The position numbers were made by a program, and so were the translations under genes. Shown here piece after piece: positions 11,470-23,700 of a DNA stretch of 64,000 nucleotides (position 1 is the stretch's first letter; each line of letters opens with the position of its first letter). Below the pieces are notes generated by a model, which did no database searches, had not been told where the DNA came from, and was given only the letters and a program-made list of their open reading frames with translations. The stretch covers positions 372,001 through 436,000 of the forward strand of contig NW_021832224.1 in NCBI RefSeq assembly GCF_006345805.1. The letters run 5' to 3'. The DNA is from Octopus sinensis (taxonomy: Eukaryota).

Positions 11470-14340
11470 CATACAGATCAATTGTCTTCATTCTGAGTCA
11501 CCTAAAATCTCTGTTCTCCGTGCCATTATCGACGGGACAACATGCGAAGATCGTGGAGAGTTGGTATTCTCTCTCGTTCAGTCAATAAAAACGCACATGA
11601 ACCGTTTGCCCAGAGGGGGATGGAACGCTATACGAGATGCATTTTCGACTAAATTCGGGCAGAATAAATCTATCGCTAACCTACTCAGTCTGTCGAAAGC
11701 TGAAAAGTAGACTACGGAAAAATAATGGCAATTCCTTAATTTTCCTTAGAGAATGTGAAAACGAGTTTTTTATCCAACTTAAAAGATGTGACTCAAGGCC
11801 GCCTACAAGGAAAATCCAAAACATCAAAGTCAAAAAGGACTTAATTGAGGGACTAAATTTGGCGATTAAAAATATTATCAAGCATTCTCCTCACTATCTA
11901 TTGATCAGATCTCAACAGTAATATACGCGGGACAACGTGCCTATCAAGAAATGACAAAGAATGTCAGGCCAACCAACGACTGGAAGGTCAATATCGAGAA
12001 GAAAGTTGGGAAATGGAAGAGAAAATTGGAACTTGTTCGAAAGCACTTTGAGCTTAGAGTTACAGATCATGAGAAAAAGATCACCTATGATATTCTCAGT
12101 TCGCTGAGCTACAAAAAATCAAAAAAAAGAGAGAAAGGAAAAATTAGGTCGCATATTGAAGACACTATAAAATATTAGAAAAGAAAATTACTGTGTATGA
12201 GTCCAGAAGGTAATTTAACTACGACAACCGCTCTTTCGAATTATATCGAAGATCTTTTTACAGGTCTTTGGATTCTGCTGATCATTTATCATCTAGAATG
12301 TTTAACCCAGATGAGTGTTTTAATTTATGGAAAGATATTTGGTCTAAAAGAACCAATACCTGTCAAAATGAGAAAATGAACTTGCCAGTGAAACAAACTG
12401 GGGCAGAATCTGATATATGCTCTATTAGTCTAGAACTTTTCGAAGATGTTATAAAATATCTTCCAAATTGGAAATCATGTGACCGCGACGGGGTGTATAA
12501 TTTTTTCATTAAATATTTCGAATCTTTACACCCGTATATCTATACTGAAATCTTAAAAATTTGTAAAGGAGAGTACATAACGAACAATTGGTTTTACAAT
12601 GGGATTACTTACCTCATCCCAAAGAAACTAACTCGAATCTGCCAAAAGACCTCAGACCCATAACATGCATGCCAAACCTGTATAAATTTCTCACTAAATG
12701 CCTAAATATGAAATTAACGGATTATTTGGAATATTATTCGCTTGTTTCGGATAATCAACTTGGATGTAAAAGAAAATGACAAGGAGCCAAAGAACAGGCC
12801 TTGATTAACAAGAGTATAAACCTGGCCTACGGAAACAATCTGTTTACTTCCTGGATAGATGTGAAGAAAGCTCAACCTGGACAAAAAATAATCGGAGAAA
12901 TTCGAATAAAGTCCGAGATCTTATAGAGAGATGCTTTATCTCCACAGTTATTTACGCTTGTAATGGACCCATTGAGCCGATTTCTCTCTGCAAAGTATTC
13001 CAAAGTGAGTATCCATGAACCCAGAGGAGAATCGGAGATGACCTAAAAATTTTGGCGGAAAAACAAGAAACGATATTAATGATGATAAATGACATCGACA
13101 TGTTTTTTGCTGATATTGGCCTTGAAAGAAATCTAGAAAAATCTGCCACCAATTGTACAACTCTTGCTAATAAAGAGACTATACTGGACGGAATTGACGG
13201 ATACCAATATTTGGGAGTCTTAGAGAACAAGTCAAATAAAATCATGAAGAATGAGATGATTGAAAAAATAAGTGCAGAGATCAAAGCACGTATAAAGAGA
13301 CTAACAAGCACGAAACTGAATGCTGTTAATCTCTTTAAAGCCTTAAACGAGCACGCTTTGTCTCTTTACAATTATTACATTGGATTGATAGACATAGAAC
13401 CTGATGACTTTGAAGTAATTGACAGAGAAATTCGTCTACAACTTAATTCATATCACATACACTTGAGACCTGCAAATTGTCAGAGGCTATATCTCCCTCG
13501 TACATACCTTGGGAGAGGATTGGAATCAATATCGATGAAGAGCGAAAGAATGTTACTGGAATTCTATACTGACATAAAAAGAAAATCGGTATGCTGTCTG
13601 TCTGAAAAAGGCTGGTAAACTGGCTAAGAAGTCAGTCGACCACTTTGCTACACGATGCAACAGAATGCTGAATTGTGAGTACACGAAGAGACACAATGAA
13701 GTCGTAGGATGCTTGCATCTCCACTTATGTCGCCTCTTTGGATTAAAATCAACAAAAATGCTAAAATCACACTCTGTCCAGTCTATCACATCAAACGATG
13801 TAATAGAAATCAGAGTGGACACTACGATAAGAACAGAACTAATGATACAATTCAATAAACCTGACATTTTTGTCTATGACAAAAAAGAAAACATGATAAC
13901 AATCATTGAAGTAGGAATTACTTCGCAAGACAACTTGCAAAAGGTGGAAGTGAAAAAACTCCACAAATACGACCCACTTGCAAGCGAGATCCGACTGTTA
14001 CTTAGTGCCAAAGTACAAATTGTACCAATTGTTTTGAAATGGGATGCAATTACAACTAAATTTTACCCGAAATATTGCCAAAAACTGAAGTTACCGGAAA
14101 AAATTAAATCATACATACAGTCTGTTATTCTCAGAGCAATCTACCAAAGTATGAACACAGAATACAAATTTGGGCTTACCAATAGCGTCGGAAAAGACAC
14201 CACCGATACATTGTGTTTCGACACTAGCGATGCCCGCACTCCCAGAGCTAATATGTCCCAGAGCGGGAACAAGAGACAGAGATTGGAATGACCAAAATAG
14301 TAACACTATACCTAAACTATCAAATAACTAAACTCAATAT
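11470..14340 (+). mobile_element. Decayed RLE-type (NeSL/R4/R2-group) non-LTR retrotransposon, diverged paralogue of the 23.7-kb element
   Basis: RPITCMPNLYK, NQLG, DVKKA, LSPQLF, YLGV, HNEVV, KPDIFVYDKK, IIEVGITSQD, KYD motifs; several frameshifts, stops and a deletion in RT. Confidence 0.9.
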
Positions 14341-14344
14341 TTTA

Positions 14345-15260
14345 TAACTTCCAAAGAAATTGTTACTCAGTGGCAATCTTGGTAGTTTTACAAAAGGGAA
14401 AAGGGTCATCCCGTCAGCACGTTTCCCGTCATCGAGGTCAAGACCCGGTGGTTTAAGAACTGAAAGAAATCTCTCCGAGTCGAGGGACCTCCGTATGATG
14501 TCGTTCATAGCAGAGTGCCTTGGAAAACGTCTGGCACTCCTCTTGCACCATAATGGATGCAGACCGAAAGGGTCAACAGTGCAGCCACAACGACACACGT
14601 GCGGGACACATTGCCTTAGCCCGGGACATATTGCTAAAGGGAGGGTTGCCTGTCTCCAACCCCTATCGTCGATGGGGGAATTGCATATGTTTTGAGTACA
14701 AGTACGGATAAGATGGTCAATGGCAGAAAGTCTCTCTGGAAAAGCAAAACAGGGAGAAGAGCGTAGCAAATAAGTGAGCTTTTGGATTGAAAAGCAATTT
14801 CGTAGAAGGAATAATGCTGTGTGTGAGTCCAACTGTCTGATACGTTCGAAAACTGCCTCGAGAAAGAACTCCTTTTTGCGTAGGGCCATATCAATAGAAT
14901 CGTCAGCCACCTGGGCTCCGAGGATAGACAGTTCGTCAATGGAAGTAGATTGCACTCCCGGGATAAGGTCACGGAATGGGTAAACAGCGTCTTCAAAGGT
15001 AGATTGCGAACACCCGAAGTTCGAGATTTTACATTTGGAAAAATTTAAACTAAGGCCGACTTTCTCCAGAGCCAGAATAATTTTAATTATGTCCTGCAGA
15101 ACGGTGTTCGGGGGGCCACCGAGAGTGGCGTCATCGAGATTCAAAAGATTTAGTGAGGAAGATATAGGCTTGGTCGCCTCAAAGATTCCAAGACAGAAAA
15201 GGAGTGGCCCCAGAGGGTCTCCCCGTCGAACTCCCGAAGCAGACGGGATAGTGTCGGTTT
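14345..15260 (-). mobile_element. CRE-like non-LTR retrotransposon fragment (RT, zinc knuckle, start of RLE), internally deleted
   Basis: GVRRGDPLGPLLFCL, LDDATLGG, WRQATLPL, CRCG...GLHPLWCKRSARRFPRH, GKRADGMTLFPF. Confidence 0.85.
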
Positions 15261-16200
15261 ATTTGCAAATAAACCTTTCCAGGATTTTTTTGTAGGTCTA
15301 AAGGTCGCGGGGTCATTTCTAGGTCTTTCAGGTTTTAGCATTAGTCCTATTAATGCCTGTTTCTATAATGACGGTCTCACATTTTGGTTGACTGAGTAGT
15401 TAAAGATACCTGTTGGAAAGCTAACTCTTTCGTAACTAAGATTTTTGAATAGAATAATCGGGATGTTGTGAATACTAAGGAGAGTATGTCAGTTTTGGGG
15501 AATATAAAGTATCCAAAAACTTTTTTACTGAGAAAAAAAGAGGTGCTGACCGTTTCTTCAGTCTTCTATTTGAGTATAGCCCTCGCCGAATTTAATTGAT
15601 TTTTGGGTATAGTCCTTGATCTTAGATCCAAAATTATTTTCGTAAAGTAGCTGATTTCTTTGCTCAGAGAGCTAAAACTATCCTGATAACAATTCTAAAA
15701 TTGGCTTCCAAGATTTCTTGGAATTATGGCCAGTTCCCAACATTTTAATTGTATCCATTAGAAAATCTCATAGTGTTGATCTCCGTTTTGATCCTCACCA
15801 CAATCTGATTATGGGCGCTTAAGAGTCCATTTGAAATAGTAAAAGTTCCCTCTCATCTCAGGCAACTGAGTTGAAAGCCATATAGGATACTTCGCATTCA
15901 GATCCCCGCAGATAATGACCTCATAAATGCATGCCAGTTTTAAGAAATTTGGAAAAAAGCTCTTCGGATAGGATCCCAGTTATTTCAGTGACCTCATCAG
16001 CTCCGATAAGTTTCATCAATTCCGAGAAGATGTCTTTACATTTTAAGTTATTTTTGACTAAAGTAAACAGTCCACCGCCTCATTTCGCTTTGAGATCCAT
16101 CCTAATAGATATGTAACCGGGGAATGTGGGGGTAAGAACATTAATAGATAGTTTAGTTACTTTTATGATAGCTACGTGGCTTTTTAGGTTGTCAGTAGTG
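15260..16200 (-). mobile_element. I/Jockey-like LINE remnant (APE endonuclease fused by deletion to start of RT)
   Basis: IPGYISIR...GGGLFTLVK, IICGDLNA, LKPERPRNDPATFRP. Confidence 0.65.
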
Positions 16201-16585
16201 AGAATAGTTTTTCCATTTAATTGGATTAATGTTTAGTTGAGGTGCAGTAAAGTGTTTTCCGCTTCTACAGTCCCGTGCAATGAAAAGAGGCCACCTAAAG
16301 AATATTTATAAAAATAGAAATAATCGAAAATTAAAGTATGAAATTTTCTAAAAAATTCAGCAAACTCTTTTTCTTCGTCTTAATTATCCATAAAAAACTA
16401 AATATAAAAGTTATTTTTCATTATAATGCCAATTTTATTTAATTTATTAAATTTGACCATTTCTAGGTCATGCAATGAAAATTGGCCACTTTATTTATTT
16501 ACTAACTTTAAATCAAAAAAACAAAGATTAGTATTTCGTCAAACTTCCTTTACAATTATAGACTGAATATATTCTTCTGGGCATC

Positions 16586-18219
16586 CACCGGTTTTATAGC
16601 CCACCGGGTTGGATAACCCACCTAATGACATATTTTATAATAATAATATTTTTCATATATTTAATTTCATTGGAAAAAATGATTTTCTTAATTATTTTAA
16701 TAATTTATTGTTCTTTTTTTTCAATATTTTAGCGTGAAAACTATAACTTTTTATTAATAAAGTTTAAAAACTGTGAAAATAAGTAGAGTTGTTCAATAAA
16801 GTTCAATTAGAATATGGTTCTTTTGAAATTAACGACAAACCAACTTAATGAAATAAAAAATTTTGATGACACCACTACTATATACGATAAAGAGAAAAGG
16901 AGAAGGCTCAGGACGCTTAAAAATCGTTTTTGCTTCAAATTTTCTGAAAAAACGTATATAAAAGTCAGAAATAAAAAACTGCGTTTTTTTACTCTAGAAG
17001 AAAGTGAGCTAAAGTTAAAAATTATTGATTGTAGATTTAGTGGATCTAAGGAGATATTCAAACCTTAACAGCAATTATGGATGGGTCTTTTTTGAATAAG
17101 TCTTAGTTGGTTGTTGTAATCGACTCCTTTTCCAAATTTGCAGTGGTAAAACTTGCAAAAACGAAATCAGCTGAAGAAATAACAAGAAAGTAGAGCAGAG
17201 CAGAAGAATTAAAGATTTCAAAGTACACCAATCTCTCGGAACGCTATCTGTTTACCCCGATCGCCGTGGATACCTCAGGCGTAATCGGTGACAGGTCACT
17301 CATTTTCCTCAAAAAGCTGGGTCGTCTGATTTCTCGCAAGAGAAACGACACGCGTGAGTCTGGATGGCTCTTTCAGAGGATTTCCCTTGCCATTGTAAGT
17401 GGAAACTGTTTCTCCATCTACGAGGCGGGGAAGTCCTCTTGTTAACTCTCTTTTCTCTCTGTTTTCTTTTAAGAAATAAATATTTTGATAAAAAAACAAG
17501 AAAGTTAAAAAAGATTTTCTTCTCAATCCGACCCCCGTTTATCTTGCAAACAGACAATGGGAAAGAGTTCAAGGAGAACAGAAGATCAAATAAATGCATT
17601 GTTAATGTTCGACGGAACAAATCCAGAACTAAGTGATGAGTCAAATTCGAATTATTTTGAAAATGACGATAAAAGAACTGAGAAACAAGTGCATGAAAAC
17701 CTTGTTAAAGCTGGAGAGAAAATGAAAAAACGTCGTAAGTGGAAATATGACGCAGAAGACATTGAAATTGGAGATACAGTGCTGCTGAAACACGACAGGG
17801 ATGATAACCCTGGTAACCGTAGATACCCATTATATGACAAACTGGATATAAATAAGTACACAGTTTCAGAAAAATTTGAAACTACGTGTACCATTAATAA
17901 AGATAATGGAGAAACAGTATCAAACGTGCATTTAAGTAGATTAAAAAAAATTTGATTAAAAATTTGATTTTTTTAAATGAATTAATTCTTATTTTTTATT
18001 GACTCCAATTAAATATAAATAAAATTTTATTTATTTTAAAAATGTAAAGCACAAATGAATGATGTGTGATTTATGCAACAGGCAGAAATATAAAAAATGA
18101 TAAAAAAGAAGAAAATTAAAGTTAATTATATTTTCTGATGATTTTTAGATTATATTTATGTTTTTTTGGTAGTTTTTTCGATGGTGGGTTATCCAACCCG
18201 GTGGGCTATAAAACCGGTG
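16586..18219 (+). mobile_element. TIR DNA transposon with decayed retroviral-type (rve) integrase (Ginger/IS481-like or KRBA2/SCAND3-like)
   Basis: Perfect 37-bp TIRs CACCGGTTTTATAGCCCACCGGGTTGGATAACCCACC (16586-16622, 18183-18219); VDLVDLRRYS, VVIDSFSKFA, PPFILQTDNGKEF, C-terminal SH3-like GDTVLL...VHLSRLKK. Confidence 0.8.
17150..17432 (+). mobile_element. CRE-like RLE 3' fragment inserted into the integrase
   Basis: AEELKISKYTNLSERYLFTPIAVDTSGVIG...WLFQRISLAIVSGN. Confidence 0.8.
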
Positions 18220-19094
18220 ACATTATATAATTCCCTAATAAAACTGTCATCAATTGCCTCCCATTCCTCTTTCGTAATTTTCCATAAGTCCTGTACTGTT
18301 TCAGGGACCTTTAATCGTATTTTTGACTTTAGCAAACACCAAACATGCTCAATTATATTGAGATCCGGTGATTGACTTGGCCAATTCTCTACTATAGTAA
18401 TGCCACTGTTATTTAAAAAAATCTCTTGTAGATTTGGATGTGTGGCAAGTTGCCCCATCTTGCTGAAATTGTAATTTGATGTATATAAATCATTTAGTCC
18501 TTCAGATATAATAGATTGATAACGTGCAGAATTTAGTTTTTCATTGCATAATATTAAACTTCTTTTGCCATCAAATCGTATCGCTCCCCATACCGTTATG
18601 CTAGGGGCAAATTTGACGGTTTCTGAAGTGTATTTTTTTCATATCTCATTGAAGGTGGTCTTCTGACATATTCTCTTGAATTGAAGAGCTGAATTCGACA
18701 TTCGTCCGAAAAAATCACAAATTCCCAGGCCATATTAAACATCGACTGACACCAATATTTTCGAGCCATCATATGTCGACACGTAAGTCGAGGTTTTTTG
18801 GCAGCAATCCTCCCGAATAAATTATACCTCCTCAATGTACGTCTAACTGTATCTATACTCACGGAATTATCAATATTGATCGATTTTTTGAGTTCAGAAG
18901 CTGTTTTCTTGGGATATTTTTTCGATGTCCTGACAAGAATCCTTTCATTTCTAGGAGATAATTTCCTCTTCGCTCCAGTGTGAATACGGTCAAAATAGCC
19001 AAAACCAGATATGTAACGTTGAAATATTTTTTGGATAAACTGGAAATTTCCTCCAGGAAGGTTCGATCTTCCGCAAATTGTATAATCCAAAATT

Positions 19095-19190
19095 TCCCCG
19101 GGCGAAGAAAATTCTAATGGTCCTTTTCTGTGGGTATTAGCTACCCTTTGGGCGTTTCCAAATCCATTTAAATTGATAAATCCAACTGAC
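19095..19190 (-). mobile_element. SINE core fragment (same family as 21.2 and 22.1 kb)
   Basis: GGATTTGGAAACGCC...CTAAT...GAAAAGGAC matches the SINE core. Confidence 0.65.
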
Positions 19191-19335
19191 TTTTTTTTTC
19201 ACCAAGACCACGCTAAAAAACCGAACAAACGTCACGTGATCCCGATGCACTCAACCAGGGACCTCATTTTCGCTCGGTGATCTTTCCACGAGCCCACACA
19301 AGATCGCACAGGGCGGCAGGCCGTTTTTTTTAGAC
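19190..19335 (-). mobile_element. 5'-truncated I/Jockey-like LINE 3' end with polyA
   Basis: Encodes AKMRSLVECIGIT*, homologous to AKMRTLLREAGIT* at 57.4 kb; GGTCTTGGTG-A10 tail. Confidence 0.7.
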
Positions 19336-19462
19336 CACATAACGCACAGTACGAATAAAAACGAAAGTTAACAGTACAAGATAATTATAAATAAATTAAT
19401 ATCAGATTTTTAATTTAATTTGATAAAATAAATTTTTGAAAAATATACACGTAGGATCCTAA

Positions 19463-20776
19463 ATGAACTCATGTTGTTTTTTATTGGCCTTTCTTTTTGT
19501 ATTTACCTGTCTTTGTGGGTATATTCAAACAATAAAATATATTTAGTAAAAATTACTATGACATTCTTGGAGTCTCGAAATCAGCAACACCAAAACAAAT
19601 CAAATTAAAGTATTTGGAGAAAGCAAAGCAACTCCACCCAGATGTAAACAAAAGTCCTGACGCAGAAAAGCAATTTCAAGAACTAGCGACAGCATATTCA
19701 GTCAAAATTTCCTTAATCACCCGTAGACTCTCTCCAAACCGTCAGAAAGGGAGATTTATGACAAATACGGAGAAGGAGGACTCGAAAGGCACCGTCAATC
19801 TTCCCAATCAGGAGGATTCGACAGTCCCTTTTCAGAGTATAATTATCTAAGACCAAAATTATAGCTTTTTTGGCAACTTTTTCAGCAGTGAAGATAAACC
19901 CCAAGAAAGAGGAAATAATATAAGAATGCCACTTGCAGTGTCTCTTGAAGAAATATACGAAGGGACTTTTATTGAGGTGTTTTTAGAGCCATTTCATTTT
20001 TTAGTTCGTTCGAAGAAAAATTGTGTATGTAAATGCGCCTGGAAAACGAAAATGTAATTGCAGGACTGAAATGGGGACCACAAGACAAGGCAATGCATTC
20101 TATCTGACGCAAACACAGGTCTGTGATGACTGTCAAAATAAAAAGTAATATATATTTCATATTTAGACCTTCTTTGGTTGAAGATTTGTTGGAAATTGAA
20201 GTTGAAAATGGTTCAGAAATTGGCATGGAAATTGTTCTTTCAGGTCAAGGTCTGATTATATGATGAATTTGTAGGAGAACCACACATTGATGCAGAATCC
20301 GGAGATTTGGTGATTATATTAGAGCAGATTCCGTATTTTTATGTATTTATGTGCACAGACACGCTGTTTTCGAGAGAAATGGAAATGATTTGTTTACGAA
20401 TGTTTCAATATCGTTGATTGATTCTCTGTTGGGGTTTAATGTGACCTTGACTCATCTAGACTCCCATAAGGTGTATCTTTCAGTTATTATTCTTAGGTTG
20501 TCATTAGTCGAGAGGGGAAAATGACTTCTCATGGCTCTGTGTTGAAGATTCCGAATGAGGGGATGCCCATTTATCGAAGATATGGGTCATTTGGGGATCT
20601 TTATGTCACATTTCATGTTAAATTTCCTCAACGAACATTTACTCCATTGGAAGAAATTGGTTGATTAGTAGTTGTTTTATTCCCTAGAACTTAGGAAAAT
20701 ATTCGAAAGTTCTGGTAAAAACGATTTCTTATTTTTTAATGGACTAAGACGACGTGATCCGATCATTTATCTATAA
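19463..20776 (+). CDS. DNAJB11: DnaJ/Hsp40 ER co-chaperone DNAJB11 (ERdj3), 358 aa, 9 introns of 22-28 nt
   Basis: Signal peptide; J domain with HPD; [13 protein letters not shown]...VCDDCQN motif characteristic of ERdj3; introns 19519-46, 19701-26, 19837-64, 19977-20004, 20145-66, 20250-74, 20333-58, 20471-96, 20660-87 give a continuous frame. Confidence 0.93.
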
Positions 20777-21156
20777 CTATTGTTTATGTCGAATGATAAT
20801 TTGGTCAAATATTTCTTTACATTAGACAATTAAAATACCCGAACTAAACCTATAAGTGGGCTTTACAGATTTAGTCTAACATTTGCTGATCAAATTAGTT
20901 ATTCAGCTTTGTAGCGGGTCAGAAGCGCGTATACTCAATTCATAAAATAAAGAAATGATTGGGAATTTTTAGTTTATTTTTTAGAACGTTTGAAATTTTT
21001 TTTAGATCGGACTCAGTAAGATGCAATAAAATATTAATATCAACATTATCAAGTTATTGCGATTTTACAGAACTGCCAAGTCCAATAACTGAGAAGCTTA
21101 CAAATTATTTGGTACAATTGACGAATGACTCAATAAAAATGGATACTTTACGTTCA

Positions 21157-21594
21157 TTTATTTTTTATTTTTTTTATTTTTTTAAAGACCAAAGACGGGT
21201 AAACCAATTAACTATAATAATCCCCGTGATTGCCGATCCGAACGAGGGAGATCCTACTGAAAGGTTCGATCCTGCCCGCATGATCGGCCTGAGACGACGG
21301 TGTCCCAGGGTCTGAGATCTAGAAGTCCTTTTTCGGTAGGCATTAAGTGCCTCCTGAGCGTTGCCATATCCGAATGGAATTTTCCAACTGACATGGTGGA
21401 CCCCATAACGCCACGCTAAGACCGGAAGGTAAGAGATCTCCATTTCCAACTGTGTCGTGCCAGAAGTACTCGTTGCCTCACGGGCAGGGGAACGATAACG
21501 AGAATTGGCCCCAGGATGAAAACTGCTTCCTTCGGAATCGAACTCACGACTGTCCAAATCCATTATCCATAGCTTAGTCTTCAGCCAAGGGGGC
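21157..21594 (-). mobile_element. tRNA-derived SINE, copy 1 (~435 bp)
   Basis: Head GCCCCCTTGGCTGAAG...GAGTTCGATTCC (A/B-box-like), structured core, LINE-like tail and A-rich end. Confidence 0.75.
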
Positions 21595-21664
21595 TAAAAC
21601 TGATATAATTGTCAAGCACAATAAGCCGGATTTGATTATTTTTAATAAAAGAGAAATCAAATAA

Positions 21665-21810
21665 TTCAAATTAAAATGTGTAACTCCTACCCAAAACATA
21701 AAATAGCTCGAAATTGGAAAGGTGAGGAAATATTATCTAAAGCAGGCATGTCCAAAAGGGAACCAGTAGCCCTCTTTAGGTGCTACAGAACATTTTCGGG
21801 GAGTCACATA
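21665..21810 (-). repeat. ~145-bp copy of 7780-7925 (I/Jockey-like LINE fragment)
   Basis: Direct nucleotide similarity (AAAATGTGTAACTC...GGGGAGTCACATA). Confidence 0.8.
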
Positions 21811-22091
21811 AAAATTTATGTAGATTATGATATATTGATGTCGTGTTCAAAGGCCGAGGTCTCTTTATCTCTCTTTTTGAAACTTTTGTTTAATAATAAA
21901 ATTATTTAAAGACATAATGATTTGTCATTTATTTTATGTCACAGTCCAGGACTCAAATACGCCAGGGCTGCGAGGTCAATGCTTAAAATGCAACAAACAT
22001 ATTTTTTTTAGAAAACTTTTCATTGGAAAAAATTATTAATAATAAAAAAATAAAACTTATTATATAATTTTAATTTAAATATTTAAATATA

Positions 22092-22533
22092 GCCCTCTTG
22101 GCTGAAGAGTATGCTCTGGATACTGGAATTCAGCCGTCGTGGGTTCGAATCCAGAAGAGGCTACTTTGGAGTCGGGGTTAATCTCGTCGAAGTTCCTTTG
22201 CCCGTGAGGTGACGAGTACATCTGGCACGACACAGTATGTCAAAAAAGGGATCTCCTTCCTATCCGGCCTTAGAAAGGCGTTACGTGGTGCACCAAATTC
22301 ACTTGGAGATTTCGACTGGATTTGGAAACGCCGAGGGGGCACCTAATGCTCACCGAAAAAGGACTAATAGCTCTCCTACCCCCTGGGACATCGTCGTCGC
22401 AGGACGATGCACTTTGCATAGGATTGAACCTTTCCGGAGGATCTCCGTCGAAGTGCGTCGGGATCACACGCTAATTAGTTTGGTCTTAACTGTGGTCTTG
22501 GTGTTTAATAAATAAATAAATTATAAAAAAAAA
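22092..22533 (+). mobile_element. tRNA-derived SINE, copy 2 (~440 bp)
   Basis: GCCCTCTTGGCTGAAG...GGGTTCGAATCCAGAAGAGGC head (B box, acceptor-stem-like pairing); collinear with copy 1; ends GGTCTTGGTGTT(TAAA)n-polyA. Confidence 0.78.
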
Positions 22534-22559
22534 ATAACACCAAATGAAATTAATTTTTG

Positions 22560-22940
22560 TGTAACTAATTATCAGCAGAGGACAAGATGGAATGGCAATT
22601 CCCACGCAAGATGGCTATTGATATGCGTTGGAAAAGCCATGTCCGTTCTCGATGATCGTTTTTCCTCCTGCTTGCCAAATCCCCCAGTTTAATAAGGAAT
22701 TTTTTAGTTCTGGGGCCGAGGACTCCCGATGTCTCCACTGCGATCGGGGCAAAGATGTGGCGGTGAGATAATGCACTGTATTTCTTGATTTTTAGCGTTT
22801 CGGCCAGGTTGGCTGCGGAGCCCGGCTCTGAAGCCGACGACAAGATGTTCCCGGCGGAGAAGGTATCCGTGCAAGTGGCGTCCCAGATGAGAGACTTGCC
22901 ATTTTCAAATGGGAAGGTCGTTAGACCATCAGGACGGAGA
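22560..22940 (-). mobile_element. 5'-truncated CRE-like retrotransposon (RLE domain and 3' end)
   Basis: RPDGLTTFPFENGKSLIWDATCTDT...AETLKIKKYS...FAPIAVETSGVLG...QRISIAILRGN. Confidence 0.85.
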
Positions 22941-23700
22941 AATCAAGAAATACAGTGCATCAAGAAATACAGTGCATTGTTAAAATTGATATACAAAATT
23001 TCAGAATTGAACTGAAAATGGGATAGTGAAAAAATGATGCCAAACAATCTTAAAATTCATTTGGATACTACATACAAAGATAAAAAAGATGAACCGGTGA
23101 AGTTTTTTATGAAACTGAAAGACGATGACAAAAACTATTTTTAATGTTTATTGAAACTTGACAAAAACAGAATTTAGGTTATATCACATTGTATAATATT
23201 TTGTATTTTGACTTAATCAAATCATACAAAATATGTAAACTTATTACCAATTCTGAAAGTTATAATATTGGAGAAATATAATTTTATCTAAATTCCAAAA
23301 TGCCGATTTAGATAAAATATTATATCCAATTCCGTTAAGTAGATATTGTTAACAGAAGAATCGATAATATGGCCGAAGATATCGAATCTCAGTTAATACA
23401 TTTTCTTTGCTAAGAAATACCAACTTATCATTTCAGATATACGAAACTACATTCTTCTCAAAATAACATTCCTTTTGAAAAATAATTGCATATGCCAGTG
23501 GCGGGGCTGCTTTTATGGTTGGTAAATAGAGATGATGTTTGACATAGTTAAAATCTTGCATATTATTCATTTTCACAATTTACTGTATTATTCACCGGCA
23601 ACACCTAATTTTTAAAAATTTAGGAGGTCGTCTTTCTATTTCTGTGGTTATTGATTTTGTCAATTATATAAAATCTTATTTATTTCAGCATCGCCTTTTT

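Larger units (their letters stand above)
16268..19090 (-). mobile_element. Decayed Tc1-like transposon interrupted by the element at 16586-18219
   Basis: TA|CAGTCCCGTGCAATGAAAAGAGGCCAC end with inner direct repeat at ~16470; VIFSDE, WPSQSPDLNIIEHVW; C-terminus LYN/VMPRR...TKY* is split across the insertion; 5' end missing. Confidence 0.85.

Noticed and set aside
20730-20765. Apparent extra copy of the LINE/SINE tail (AAGAC...ACGTGATCCGAT)
   Set aside because: It lies in the last DNAJB11 exon (FNGLRRRDP, matching the conserved YNGL end); probably chance similarity.
22092-22165. Functional tRNA gene
   Set aside because: B box and acceptor-like stem are present, but D and anticodon arms are irregular and it runs into a repeat body; treated as a SINE head.
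21174-22515. Protein-coding ORFs in the SINE copies (129 aa and 92 aa)
   Set aside because: Substitutions fall at all codon positions, the frames diverge at both ends, and covariation fits RNA structure better.
23683-23700. U2 snRNA target site (Utopia-like)
   Set aside because: Only superficial likeness to the U2 5' end; both flanks translate as hAT transposase.
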